Below, piece by piece: positions 23,090 to 31,891 of a stretch of DNA of 40,070 nucleotides. A model generated the notes under the pieces. The model worked only from the letters and a program-made list of their open reading frames with translations. It was not told the origin of the DNA and ran no database searches. The position numbers were made by a program, and so were the translations under genes. Source of the stretch: a virus. The DNA lies in the IMG/VR virus record IMGVR_UViG_3300043137_000143; one strand, given 5' to 3'. Each line of letters starts with the position of its first letter. Positions within the stretch are counted from its first letter, which is position 1.

Positions 23090-24025
23090 ATGACGACTGG
23101 TAAAGAAAACACTCCTTTACAGAATGCACAAACAGCAGCGTCTGCTAAGGATATCCTAAACGCTTTAGGCTTTGGCAATCTACAGGCACAGAATGATAGC
23201 GGCAACCGTTCACAGGTTGGTACATCAACTGCAACTAGCGTAACTCGTCTTAACTACCAGTCTGCAAAGGCGCTTCTTGAAGCAATTGCACGTGAGGCTA
23301 ACTTCACTGGCAAACTAACTCCAGATGACATCAAAGAGTTCATGGTGCAGTTCAAGGCTAAGCAAGATGAGCAGATTCAAAAGGTTGTCACAACATCTTC
23401 TAGTAAGACGGTTGCTGGAGCAACAGCGGATGCAACTAGCAAGGTCATTGACTCTACCAAGAAGGAAGAGTTCCCATCTTTCTTCGATGCAGAGGGATTT
23501 GCTAACGACTTCATCTGGGCTAAGATTAACTTCAAGGATGAGAAATCACTTGGAGCCAGGTCTCTTACAGCACTAGCAGAAGTACGTGGGCTTGTTGAAA
23601 AGTTTGAACTTATGGGCGTAACCAACAACGATATCCTTGCTGCTGCAAAGCAGATTGCAATGGGCCGTAAGACTATCGATGCATATCGAGTAGAACTACA
23701 GCAGATTGCTAAGAAGGAATACCCACAGTTTGCGGACCGCTTTACGAATGACCCAACATTGACAACATACGACATCGCTTCTCCTATCATCAAGATGCTT
23801 GCAAAGACTTGGGAAGTAGATGAGAAAGATGTCAAGATGGATAACCCACTTGTAATGTCATACATGAACTACGCTGGTCCAGATGGTAAGGGTACAGCGC
23901 CATCACGTTACGACTTGCTGCTTAAGGCAAAGAATGACCCTAAGTATCAGTTGACCGAAGAAGCGAATAACAATGCACGCGACTCTGCAACTAGTTTTGC
24001 TAGAGCGTTCGGATTTGGAGTATAA
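23090..24025 (+). CDS. Hypothetical virion-module protein
   Basis: 311-aa ORF tightly packed between its neighbours. Confidence 0.65.
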   Translation: MTTGKENTPLQNAQTAASAKDILNALGFGNLQAQNDSGNRSQVGTSTATSVTRLNYQSAKALLEAIAREANFTGKLTPDDIKEFMVQFKAKQDEQIQKVVTTSSSKTVAGATADATSKVIDSTKKEEFPSFFDAEGFANDFIWAKINFKDEKSLGARSLTALAEVRGLVEKFELMGVTNNDILAAAKQIAMGRKTIDAYRVELQQIAKKEYPQFADRFTNDPTLTTYDIASPIIKMLAKTWEVDEKDVKMDNPLVMSYMNYAGPDGKGTAPSRYDLLLKAKNDPKYQLTEEANNNARDSATSFARAFGFGV

Positions 24026-25974
24026 TGCCAGTCAAAGGAATGACGCAAGCGGAGATTGATGAAGCAACACGTGCTCAAGTAGCATCTGGTGGAAAGTCAA
24101 CAGACCGCACGAATCGCCTTCCAGGTGAAACTGCATCAGAGGCTAATGCTCGTATTACTGCTGGCTACCGAGAAATGACTGCTAAGCCAATCCTTTCTCA
24201 AGAGCAGGTTGACGCTGGCATGAAGGTTCAGTTTGTACGTACCGATGCAGGCGGCGCAGGCGAGTATGTACCTATTAAGCCAATTGGTTACAAGGGTCCG
24301 ACAGAGGTAACTGAATTTACTTCTGGTGTTATCCCAGCAAACTCACAATATACAACTGGAACAAGCGTTGGGTTTAACCCAGATGATTACAAGACTGCAG
24401 AAGACATGCAGCGTATCGCAGCAAAGGCTGCATCAGGCAAGCCGTTAACAGCGGACGAAAAAGCATTTATGGCAAAGGGTGCTCCTGCAGCGGCAACACC
24501 AACAGCAACACCAACAGCGACACCAACAGCAAAAACATACACATCTGCAGAACTACAAAAGATTGTCGCAAAACTTACCAGTGGTGGCACATTAACTGCT
24601 GAAGAAAAAGCAGCGATTAGTACTGGTTCACAGGTTACGCCAACGGCAACTCCAACAGCAAAGACCTACAGTGCTGCAGAGTTGCAAGCAATTGTTGCAA
24701 AACTTGGTCGCGGTCAAGCGTTAACTCCAGAAGAAGCGGCAGCGATTAATTCAAGTGTCAGTTCTACTGGAACAGTCACTGGAACAACCCCAACCCCCAC
24801 ACCTACACCAACCCCTACACCAACGCCTACCCCAAATGGCAAGAAAGAAATTTCTAGAGTAGACAATGGTGATGGAACATTCACTGTCACTTATGATGAC
24901 AAGACTACTGAAATCGTTGGAACAAAAAAGGTAGTTACACCAGTAAAGCCAGTTGGTACACCAGCCGCTTACGTTTATGACCCAGATTCAAAAACATGGG
25001 TTATGCCACCAAAGCCAACCACAGAAGGCAACTGGACATTTGACGCTAATAACGGTTGGGTGAATACTACAGTAAACCCAGGCTCAAGCGGACTTTCTGC
25101 TGATGGCACTAAGACACTAGCACTTGATACATTTAAGAATACACTAGCGCTACTCTTCGGAGCAAAAGAAGCAAGTCAACCTTGGGTTACTGCTCTTTAC
25201 ACAAGCGCATCAAAGTTCTACAACAGCGGTTCAACTGTAGATGAGTCAATCAACTTATCTCTACAAGATGTACGTTACAACAAGGATTTGAAGCCATTCA
25301 CTGACCGCTTCAAGGGAATCTACGCATTAACAGATAGACTTGCCAAAGGTGAGGCTATCGAGGTTCCAACTGTAGCAGAGTACTTCAAGTCAGAGTCTGC
25401 AATGGGTGATGTTCTACGTTCTGCTGGTATGGGAGACCTTGCTACGCAAGACTTCCTAGGCGATGTAATTGGACGTGGTAAGTCAGTACTTGAAGTAACT
25501 AACTTAATCACAGATACATTTGATAGAATTGACAATGCACCATCTGCTCTTAAGGCAGACCTGCAAGCATACTTCCCTGGAGCAGATAGAACATCTATCG
25601 CCAAGGCTATGCTTACTGGTGAAAAGGGTGCCGCTGAATTAACCAAGAAGGTTAAGGCAATCAGCGTACAGTCTGCAGCAAAGACACAGGGTGTAACAAT
25701 TGATGACCTAACTAGCGAAGACATTGCTGGACAGGGTTACGATTACAACCAATCACTTTCTAACTTTGCAACTGTCAAGCAACTTGAGCGTGGCAAGACA
25801 TTGGGCAAGATGAGTGGAATTGACTTCACACAACAAGAAGCAATTGCATCTACATTCCAAGCAAATGCCGCAGCAGCAGAGAAGGCAAGAAAGATTAAGG
25901 AAGAAGAGCAGAACCGATTTGGTGGTACTGCTGGTAAACTTGCATCTCGAAGCAGAGCACAAGGCATAATCTAA
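24025..25974 (+). CDS. Hypothetical virion-module protein with three ~29-aa internal repeats separated by TP/TA linkers
   Basis: 649-aa ORF. Repeats: AEDMQRIAAKAASGKPLTADEKAFMAKG, SAELQKIVAKLTSGGTLTAEEKAAISTG, AAELQAIVAKLGRGQALTPEEAAAINSS. Linkers (TPTA)3 and (TP)8. Confidence 0.7.
   Translation: MPVKGMTQAEIDEATRAQVASGGKSTDRTNRLPGETASEANARITAGYREMTAKPILSQEQVDAGMKVQFVRTDAGGAGEYVPIKPIGYKGPTEVTEFTSGVIPANSQYTTGTSVGFNPDDYKTAEDMQRIAAKAASGKPLTADEKAFMAKGAPAAATPTATPTATPTAKTYTSAELQKIVAKLTSGGTLTAEEKAAISTGSQVTPTATPTAKTYSAAELQAIVAKLGRGQALTPEEAAAINSSVSSTGTVTGTTPTPTPTPTPTPTPTPNGKKEISRVDNGDGTFTVTYDDKTTEIVGTKKVVTPVKPVGTPAAYVYDPDSKTWVMPPKPTTEGNWTFDANNGWVNTTVNPGSSGLSADGTKTLALDTFKNTLALLFGAKEASQPWVTALYTSASKFYNSGSTVDESINLSLQDVRYNKDLKPFTDRFKGIYALTDRLAKGEAIEVPTVAEYFKSESAMGDVLRSAGMGDLATQDFLGDVIGRGKSVLEVTNLITDTFDRIDNAPSALKADLQAYFPGADRTSIAKAMLTGEKGAAELTKKVKAISVQSAAKTQGVTIDDLTSEDIAGQGYDYNQSLSNFATVKQLERGKTLGKMSGIDFTQQEAIASTFQANAAAAEKARKIKEEEQNRFGGTAGKLASRSRAQGII
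24496..24531 (+). repeat. 3 x 12-bp tandem repeat encoding (TPTA)3
   Basis: acaccaacagca / acaccaacagcg / acaccaacagca. Confidence 0.9.
24787..24834 (+). repeat. Imperfect 6-bp tandem repeat encoding (TP)8
   Basis: acc cca acc ccc aca cct aca cca acc cct aca cca acg cct acc cca. Confidence 0.9.
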
Positions 25975-26093
25975 ATAGAATCCTGAACGGACCCATCGGC
26001 CCCGTCAGCGTAATAGACCGATAGCAAGAGCCAGCCTAGTTCCCCGACTAGCAACTGAGGCTTGCGACTACAACGAATAGAAGGGTGGTTGCT

Positions 26094-26570
26094 ATGAGCA
26101 ACAACTACTGGGATGACGAAGACGACGACCTCGATACAGAAACACCAATGGACGGCAGTGACTTATTAAAGAAGTTACGCAAAGCCAAGCGTGCGGACGA
26201 AAAGCGTATCAAAGAACTCACAGACCAACTTGAGACACTATCCAAGGGACAGCGTGAGCGAATCGTCAAAGAAACCCTAGAAAAGAAAGGTGTGAATCCT
26301 AAGGCAATTCGATTAGTCCTAAAGGACTTGGATGAAGTTAACGAAGAGACAGTGAATAACTGGCTCGATGATAACGCAGACTTGTTTGGACTAGAAGTTC
26401 GCCAGGATGCACCAGAAGTAAACAGCCAAAATCGTGCGGCACTACGCCAGCAAGACTTGGTTACTCAAGGTGCATTAACACCTGATAGAGCCGAAGACAT
26501 GGGTATGAGAATTGACAACGCAGAATCTGCGGAAGAAATCATCAACATGATTTACGGTTCACAAAACTAA
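26094..26570 (+). CDS. Scaffolding protein candidate
   Basis: About 158 aa, acidic N-terminus (DDEDDDLD), a charged helical middle, and a position directly upstream of the capsid gene. The ATG at 26094 behind AAGGG is preferred over the GTG at 26085. Confidence 0.6.
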   Translation: MSNNYWDDEDDDLDTETPMDGSDLLKKLRKAKRADEKRIKELTDQLETLSKGQRERIVKETLEKKGVNPKAIRLVLKDLDEVNEETVNNWLDDNADLFGLEVRQDAPEVNSQNRAALRQQDLVTQGALTPDRAEDMGMRIDNAESAEEIINMIYGSQN

Positions 26571-26606
26571 TCATAGTTTCTAACTACAAAAAAGGAAATA
26601 ACCTAA

Positions 26607-27560
26607 ATGGCTAACTCATACGTATCCACAGATTCTGCCTCTCTTGGCGGAACCGCTGGTGCAGCAGGTTTAGTACAGAAGGCTTATGACCGACTTCTCG
26701 AGTTCGCGCTCCGTTCAGAGCCACTCATTCGTTCAGTCGCAGATAAGCGTCCTGCTAAGCAAGCAACACCAGGTCAGACAGTAGTTCTACAGAAGTACGT
26801 AGACCTAACAGCAGCAACAACCGCTCTAACAGAGACAGTTGACCCAGATGCAGTAGCAATGTCTACACCAACATCTGTGACAATTACTCTTAACGAGTAC
26901 GGTAACTCAGTACTAGTTACACGCGCTTTGGAACTATTCAGCCTTGCTGACGTAGACCCAGCGATTGCTAACATCATCGCTTTCAACCTTGCAGATTCAA
27001 TCGACGCAGTTGCAATGACAACATTGCGCGGCGGTTCAAACGTAATCTACGCAGGTTCAACAGCAACATCAACAGCAACAATTACTGCTGCAGCAACACT
27101 ATCTTCTGCAAACATCCGCAAGGCTGTTGCGAAGTTGCGTGCTAACAAGGCAGTCGCTCGCAAGGGCTCACTATACTGGGCTGGACTACACCCAGAAGTT
27201 TCACACGACCTACGCGCTGAGACAGGTTCAGCAGGATGGTTGCTTCCAAACCAGTACGGTTCATCACAGGACCGCATCTGGGCGGGAGAGATTGGTACAT
27301 ACGAAGGTGCATACTTCGTAGAGTCACCACGTCTATACAACGCTACAGACGGTGCATCATCTGCACGTAACTACCGCACAATCATCGCAGGACAGCAAGC
27401 ACTTGCTGAGGCAGTTGCCGAAGAGCCACACGTGGTTATCGGACCTGTTGTTGACAAGTTGATGCGTCACCGCCCAATGGGTTGGTACGGCGTACTAGGC
27501 TTTGCTCGCTACCGCGAAGAAGCACTATACCGAATCGAATCAGGTTCATCAATCGCATAG
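26607..27560 (+). CDS. Major capsid protein (HK97-fold type)
   Basis: 317 aa located after the scaffold, with a strong-looking RBS and a stem-loop immediately downstream. The sequence resembles ~300-aa HK97-like capsid proteins (recall, not searched). Confidence 0.75.
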   Translation: MANSYVSTDSASLGGTAGAAGLVQKAYDRLLEFALRSEPLIRSVADKRPAKQATPGQTVVLQKYVDLTAATTALTETVDPDAVAMSTPTSVTITLNEYGNSVLVTRALELFSLADVDPAIANIIAFNLADSIDAVAMTTLRGGSNVIYAGSTATSTATITAAATLSSANIRKAVAKLRANKAVARKGSLYWAGLHPEVSHDLRAETGSAGWLLPNQYGSSQDRIWAGEIGTYEGAYFVESPRLYNATDGASSARNYRTIIAGQQALAEAVAEEPHVVIGPVVDKLMRHRPMGWYGVLGFARYREEALYRIESGSSIA

Positions 27561-27574
27561 TTGATTGACGGTTG

Positions 27575-27598
27575 AGCAGGGGGAGCAATCTCCCTGCT
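27575..27598 (+). terminator. Stem-loop after the capsid gene (attenuator or stabiliser; no clear U-tract)
   Basis: AGCAGGG(GG)AG-CAAT-CTCCCTGCT. Confidence 0.35.
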
Positions 27599-27626
27599 TA
27601 GCAGTAAATCCATTAGGAGGATAAAC

Positions 27627-27896
27627 ATGGCAAATTGGACGTTCACAACACCAATAGTAGAAGAAGGTCCAGCGGGCGGACATCGCTTGTTTTACTTTTA
27701 TAGATTGAACAAGGGTATTACTATCGTCAAAAGCGATGGTGAATACTTTCAAACTCGTTACCCAGTAGATGAAGATTTGCTTGAGTACGAGGAAGTCTAC
27801 CGTGGTGGGTACGAACACACAGTAGATGATGCAACAAAGGCGGCACTAATTGCAGGGGGCGTAGATGTCACGGAAGCAAACTTTACAGCACAGTGA
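27627..27896 (+). CDS. Hypothetical protein
   Basis: 89-aa ORF with an AGGAGG RBS. Confidence 0.6.
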   Translation: MANWTFTTPIVEEGPAGGHRLFYFYRLNKGITIVKSDGEYFQTRYPVDEDLLEYEEVYRGGYEHTVDDATKAALIAGGVDVTEANFTAQ

Positions 27897-28338
27897 GTGC
27901 GACCACATTACAAAAGTAGTAAAGTGGGGATACAACTTAATAGATGGCGATATGGTTTCATATGTAGCGCTGTACGGATGTACTAAGTGCGATGAAACAT
28001 CAGATGTCCCATTCATCTCAGAAGACTTCGGAGCAGTAGACCACACCAAGTGTGGCGGTCCATTTGAATGCTTTGGATGTAAGGCTAAAGGATTACAACT
28101 TAATACTGGAGATGCTGCAAGAGATATTCCTGACAAGAAATGGAATTCAGAACTTGCTGCATATAGAGACGCTAGGTCTCAAGGCATGCAACCAGGTGGA
28201 ACTACCAGGGCGCATGTCGAAGCAGCATACACGGCATCTGAGACAATAGGCAAAGCCTACAACTCAGAGACAATGCCAAAAGCACATCAAATAACCAAAA
28301 AAACAGCCGAAGTAATGAAAGAGATTGGACAAGTATAA
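27865..28338 (+). CDS. Hypothetical Cys-rich (zinc-ribbon-like) protein
   Basis: 157 aa with C-x-H ... CxxC and HTKC ... CFGC. It overlaps the upstream gene by 32 nt, so the start is uncertain. Confidence 0.55.
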   Translation: MSRKQTLQHSECDHITKVVKWGYNLIDGDMVSYVALYGCTKCDETSDVPFISEDFGAVDHTKCGGPFECFGCKAKGLQLNTGDAARDIPDKKWNSELAAYRDARSQGMQPGGTTRAHVEAAYTASETIGKAYNSETMPKAHQITKKTAEVMKEIGQV

Positions 28339-28505
28339 TGTCAGCAAAGAACGAAAAGTACAAGTCAATGGCTGCTATGAAGCGCCACGAAAAGAAGGAA
28401 GGCCCTAAAGAGCGTATGATGGAATACGGTCCTAAGAAGGTCGCCAAGAAGACTGCTAAGAAGGCTGTCGCTAAGCGCTCAATGGTTAGAAAGCGTGGTA
28501 TGTAA
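28338..28505 (+). CDS. Small lysine-rich basic protein (55 aa)
   Basis: Hand translation: MSAKNEKYKSMAAMKRHEKKEGPKERMMEYGPKKVAKKTAKKAVAKRSMVRKRGM. TAATG overlap with the upstream stop. Confidence 0.55.
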   Translation: MSAKNEKYKSMAAMKRHEKKEGPKERMMEYGPKKVAKKTAKKAVAKRSMVRKRGM

Positions 28506-28507
28506 TT

Positions 28508-28849
28508 ATGGCTCCAGAGAAGTACACTACTACTAAGGTAGCAAAGAAGAAGGCTGACACCATGGCAGCAAAGGTTGCAAAAGACTTTGGTTTCAACAAG
28601 CCTGAACCACGTAAGATGTCCTACCTAGAAAATCTTATGCGTGAGGCTAAGCAGACCGCAGGTCGTGCGAGCAACGCAGTTGACAAAGCATTACAGTCCG
28701 ACTACGAAAAGAAGTACAATCGCAAGATTGGCAACAAGATTGGTTCATCCAATGTTAAGGAGCAGGTTGGTCAATTCGTTGGCGCTCTTGCTTTAGGTCG
28801 TCGTTACGATGACAAAACAGGAAAGCAAATCAAGGCAAAGAAGAAGTAA
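28508..28849 (+). CDS. Lysine-rich basic protein (113 aa)
   Basis: ORF-track entry with K-rich termini (KVAKKKADTMAAKVAK ... KQIKAKKK). Confidence 0.6.
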   Translation: MAPEKYTTTKVAKKKADTMAAKVAKDFGFNKPEPRKMSYLENLMREAKQTAGRASNAVDKALQSDYEKKYNRKIGNKIGSSNVKEQVGQFVGALALGRRYDDKTGKQIKAKKK

Positions 28850-29128
28850 ATGAAAGACTCACGATTAACACGGGCTGGAGTCTCTGGCTATAACAAGCCA
28901 AAGAAAACTCCAAGCCACCCTACTAAGTCACACGTTGTTGTGGCTAAGGTAGGTAGCCAGGTAAAGACCATACGTTTTGGACAACAAGGCGTTTCTGGCT
29001 CACCTAAGAAAAAAGGAGAGTCTGCATCCTATGCAGCACGACGTAAGTCTTTCAAAGCAAGACATGCAAGTAATATATCCAAGGGAAAACTAAGTGCCGC
29101 ATATTGGGCAGACAAGGTGAAATGGTAA
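28850..29128 (+). CDS. Conserved basic phage protein (RRxSFxARH ... YW family, function unknown)
   Basis: KKTPSHPTKSHVVVAKVGSQVKTIRFGQQG ... ARRKSFKARHASNISKGKLSAAYWADKVKW. I recall this pattern from aquatic phages and algal viruses. Confidence 0.6.
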   Translation: MKDSRLTRAGVSGYNKPKKTPSHPTKSHVVVAKVGSQVKTIRFGQQGVSGSPKKKGESASYAARRKSFKARHASNISKGKLSAAYWADKVKW

Positions 29129-29931
29129 TGGCAAAAAAGTATAACTCAGTACAGGGAAAACTTCGCAAAGGCGGAGGAAAAGGTTTATCAGGCGATGCTC
29201 TAGTTGGTCGTGTATCACAGGCGACTATCGATAGCATCAAGAAGATGGGTATGACAGAGGCCCTTAAACTTGCTGGAAAGAACGGCAAGACATCTGGCGG
29301 AATGGCACGCGAGTTTCAAGAAGGCGTACGTCGTATGTACGGCGCAAAGCGTCTTGAAGCAGCAAAGACTAAGTACGCACCAAAGCCTAAGTTAGGCGAG
29401 AAGACAGTTATGGCTCCAAAGGGTGGCAATAAGCCAGCAGCAAAGCCAGCATCAAAGGGTTCATCAGCAGCAACTAAGGCCAAGGTTATTGGCGGAACAG
29501 TAGCAGCAATTGGACTAGCAGTTAAGGGTGGACCAGCAGGTCGCAAGGCAGCAACTAAACTTGCTCCAGCACTAGCAAAGTCACGCGTTGGTAAGGCACT
29601 ACTTGGTTCAGAGGCTAAGTTGTCACCATCATCAATGGCAAAGTTTAAGGCAGCACAGGCTGCTAAGGCTGCACCAGCAAAGGTTACAGTTGGACCTAAG
29701 GGTTCATTCGGTAAGACAACTCTAACCAAGGCTAAGTCAGGTCTAGGAACAGCATCAGAGTATGCATCAAAGGCTGGACAAGAATCAGCACGTGCAGCAA
29801 TCAAGGCTAAGTCACCAGATGCAGCACGCGCTGCAGCAACCACTACTAAGAAGGCAGCAGTTTCTGTCTCAAAGAAGAAGGTTGTTAAGGCTGGAATGGC
29901 ATCAACAGGCGCAGGACAGACAAAGAAGTAA
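29128..29931 (+). CDS. Ala/Lys-rich histone-H1/HU-tail-like low-complexity protein (267 aa)
   Basis: Long runs such as AAKPASKGSSAATKAKV, KAAQAAKAAPAKV and AAATTTKKAAVSVSKKKVVKA. The start is set at the TAATG overlap (the track start is 29104). Confidence 0.65.
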   Translation: MAKKYNSVQGKLRKGGGKGLSGDALVGRVSQATIDSIKKMGMTEALKLAGKNGKTSGGMAREFQEGVRRMYGAKRLEAAKTKYAPKPKLGEKTVMAPKGGNKPAAKPASKGSSAATKAKVIGGTVAAIGLAVKGGPAGRKAATKLAPALAKSRVGKALLGSEAKLSPSSMAKFKAAQAAKAAPAKVTVGPKGSFGKTTLTKAKSGLGTASEYASKAGQESARAAIKAKSPDAARAAATTTKKAAVSVSKKKVVKAGMASTGAGQTKK

Positions 29932-29949
29932 CTATCAAAGGTGGGGACA

Positions 29950-30690
29950 ATGGCACAAGAGACAGTATCAGTGGCTTGGTGTGACAACGGCAACGTCGAT
30001 GGCAAATTTATGCAAGGCGTTGTCGATGTCATGCTCAAGTCTGGGGTTAAGTTTGAGACATCACTGCGTAGTCAGGGCAACCAGATTGCTCGTCAACGCG
30101 AGAAGGTAATCTCATATTGGTATGAAAACAACAAGTCTGATTGGCTACTCTGGGTTGACTCAGATGTGGTTATCAGTGTTGACAAGTTCAAACTACTATG
30201 GGATAGCAAAGATGCTGAGAAGCATCCAATTGTAACTGGAGTCTACTTTACAACAGACACGCCAGAAGACCCTCTAATGATTCCACTACCTACGGTATTT
30301 GAATTTGCAGAGTCAGATGGAGTGATTGGCATTCAGAGAATGCATCCACTACCAGAGAATAAGTTTATCAAGGTTGGCGCAGCAGGTATGGGATTCGTCC
30401 TAATGCACCGTAGCGCAATTACCAAGATTATGGAAGCAGTACCAGGCGCACCTATGTTTACAGAGGTTGGCGTTAACAAGTCTTTCATGGGTGAAGATAT
30501 TTACTTCTTCGCTCTATGCGATAAGGCTGATGTGCCAGTATGGTGTCACACAGGAGCAACCGTTCCTCACATGAAGCGGTTCTCGTTTGATGAGCATTAC
30601 TACAAGGCATTCTTCGGTGGCGTTAAAGAGGAAAAGAAATCCAAGTTAATTCTACCAGAACAAGGTTTGATTACACCTAAGAAGGGTTAA
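29950..30690 (+). CDS. GT-A fold (family-2-like) glycosyltransferase
   Basis: WVDSD (DxD), GAAGMGFVLMHR, GEDIYFF. The ATG behind GGTGGGG is preferred over the GTG at 29941. Confidence 0.6.
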   Translation: MAQETVSVAWCDNGNVDGKFMQGVVDVMLKSGVKFETSLRSQGNQIARQREKVISYWYENNKSDWLLWVDSDVVISVDKFKLLWDSKDAEKHPIVTGVYFTTDTPEDPLMIPLPTVFEFAESDGVIGIQRMHPLPENKFIKVGAAGMGFVLMHRSAITKIMEAVPGAPMFTEVGVNKSFMGEDIYFFALCDKADVPVWCHTGATVPHMKRFSFDEHYYKAFFGGVKEEKKSKLILPEQGLITPKKG

Positions 30691-30693
30691 ACA

Positions 30694-30948
30694 ATGGCAA
30701 CAGGCAAAGCAGGTAGCAGTCTAACAGCAGAACTCAATAGGCTTGCTGGAACGACTGGTCTTGATGAGCAAGGTGCAGCGAATCGTTGGGCAGGTACAAC
30801 TGGTTTAGCAACAGTTGGAGCACTCAACATCAAAGCATCATCATCACGCACACGTGATAAGTTTAAGGACATCGACGGTATCTGCAATGAACTTGCTGGA
30901 ACAACTGGATTAGCAGCCCCTGCTGCTTTAAGGAGCATCAACGCATGA
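30694..30948 (+). CDS. Small protein with three LAGTTGL repeats
   Basis: NRLAGTTGLDEQGAAN / RWAGTTGLATVGALN / NELAGTTGLAAPAAL. ATGA overlap with the next gene. Confidence 0.6.
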   Translation: MATGKAGSSLTAELNRLAGTTGLDEQGAANRWAGTTGLATVGALNIKASSSRTRDKFKDIDGICNELAGTTGLAAPAALRSINA

Positions 30949-31883
30949 CGACTACTTTAGAGAACATGATTGATGAAGTTCTTATCAATCTTGCAGGGTA
31001 CACATTCCAACAGGATAGAGCAACCTATCTTAAGGACCCAGTAACTACAACTACATCATCAAGCGCTTCGCCACTCATCTTGTCACTTGGTTCTACTGAA
31101 TCAGTAGGTAAGGGCATTATTGAGATTGGCGAAGAGTTGATGTGGGTTGACTCATATGACCGTATTGCTAACACAGCAACTATTGCGCCATATGGTCGTG
31201 GGTACCTGGGCTCTACGGCTGACACACATGCTGCTGATAAGAAGGTTACTATTAGCCCAACCTTCCCACGTTATTCAGTTAAGCGTGCTATCAACGATAC
31301 TATTCGCTCATTAGGTTCTGCTATCTTCTCTGTAAAGACAACAACCTTTACATATAATGCTGCAGTGTCAACCTATGCATTCGCCAACCTTAACATGAAG
31401 AATGTTATTACAATCTCTTGGCAGTCGATTGGCCCATCTAAAGAGTGGGTTCCAATCCGTCATTATGACTTTGATTCAACAGCAAACCCAGAAGCATTTG
31501 GGTACACCACTGGTACTGACATCGTGCAGACAATTACAATTGGTGACAATCCAATCTCTGGTCGTACAGTGAAGGTTACATATGCAACTGACCCAGTAGC
31601 ATTTACAACCAATAGCCAAGACTACTCAACACAAACTGGCTTGCCAGAATCAACAAAGGATGTCGCAATCCTTGGTGCTGCGTATCGTCTATTGACATAC
31701 CTTGACCCAGCACGCGCTTCTCAGGTTAGCCCACAGGCGGACGAAACAGATTCAAAGCGCCCTTACGGTGCTTCTCAAACAGCAACAAAGCAACTCTATG
31801 CTCTTTACCAACAGCGTCTTAACGAAGAAACAAAGTCGCAACAGCAGAACTACCCACCTCGAGTTCACTTCTCCCGCCGATAG
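30945..31883 (+). CDS. Virion structural protein (tail/adaptor candidate) sharing an N-terminal motif with the fibre
   Basis: 312 aa. IIEIGEELMWV...TIAPYGRGYLGSTADTHAADKKV resembles the N-terminus of the next gene. Confidence 0.6.
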   Translation: MTTTLENMIDEVLINLAGYTFQQDRATYLKDPVTTTTSSSASPLILSLGSTESVGKGIIEIGEELMWVDSYDRIANTATIAPYGRGYLGSTADTHAADKKVTISPTFPRYSVKRAINDTIRSLGSAIFSVKTTTFTYNAAVSTYAFANLNMKNVITISWQSIGPSKEWVPIRHYDFDSTANPEAFGYTTGTDIVQTITIGDNPISGRTVKVTYATDPVAFTTNSQDYSTQTGLPESTKDVAILGAAYRLLTYLDPARASQVSPQADETDSKRPYGASQTATKQLYALYQQRLNEETKSQQQNYPPRVHFSRR

Positions 31884-31891
31884 GAACCTAA

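Noticed and set aside
29316-30038. 240-aa ORF on the minus strand, antisense to the Ala/Lys-rich gene
   Set aside because: It is the mirror image of a low-complexity GCN/AAG-rich coding region and its product is an Ala/Pro/Ser-rich string with no start context. All neighbouring genes are on the + strand and tightly coupled.
30687-30941. 84-aa minus-strand ORF mirroring 30694..30948
   Set aside because: Both strands are open. The + frame has an ATG with a sensible context, an ATGA overlap with the next + gene and a coherent triple repeat, and the whole surrounding operon is on +.
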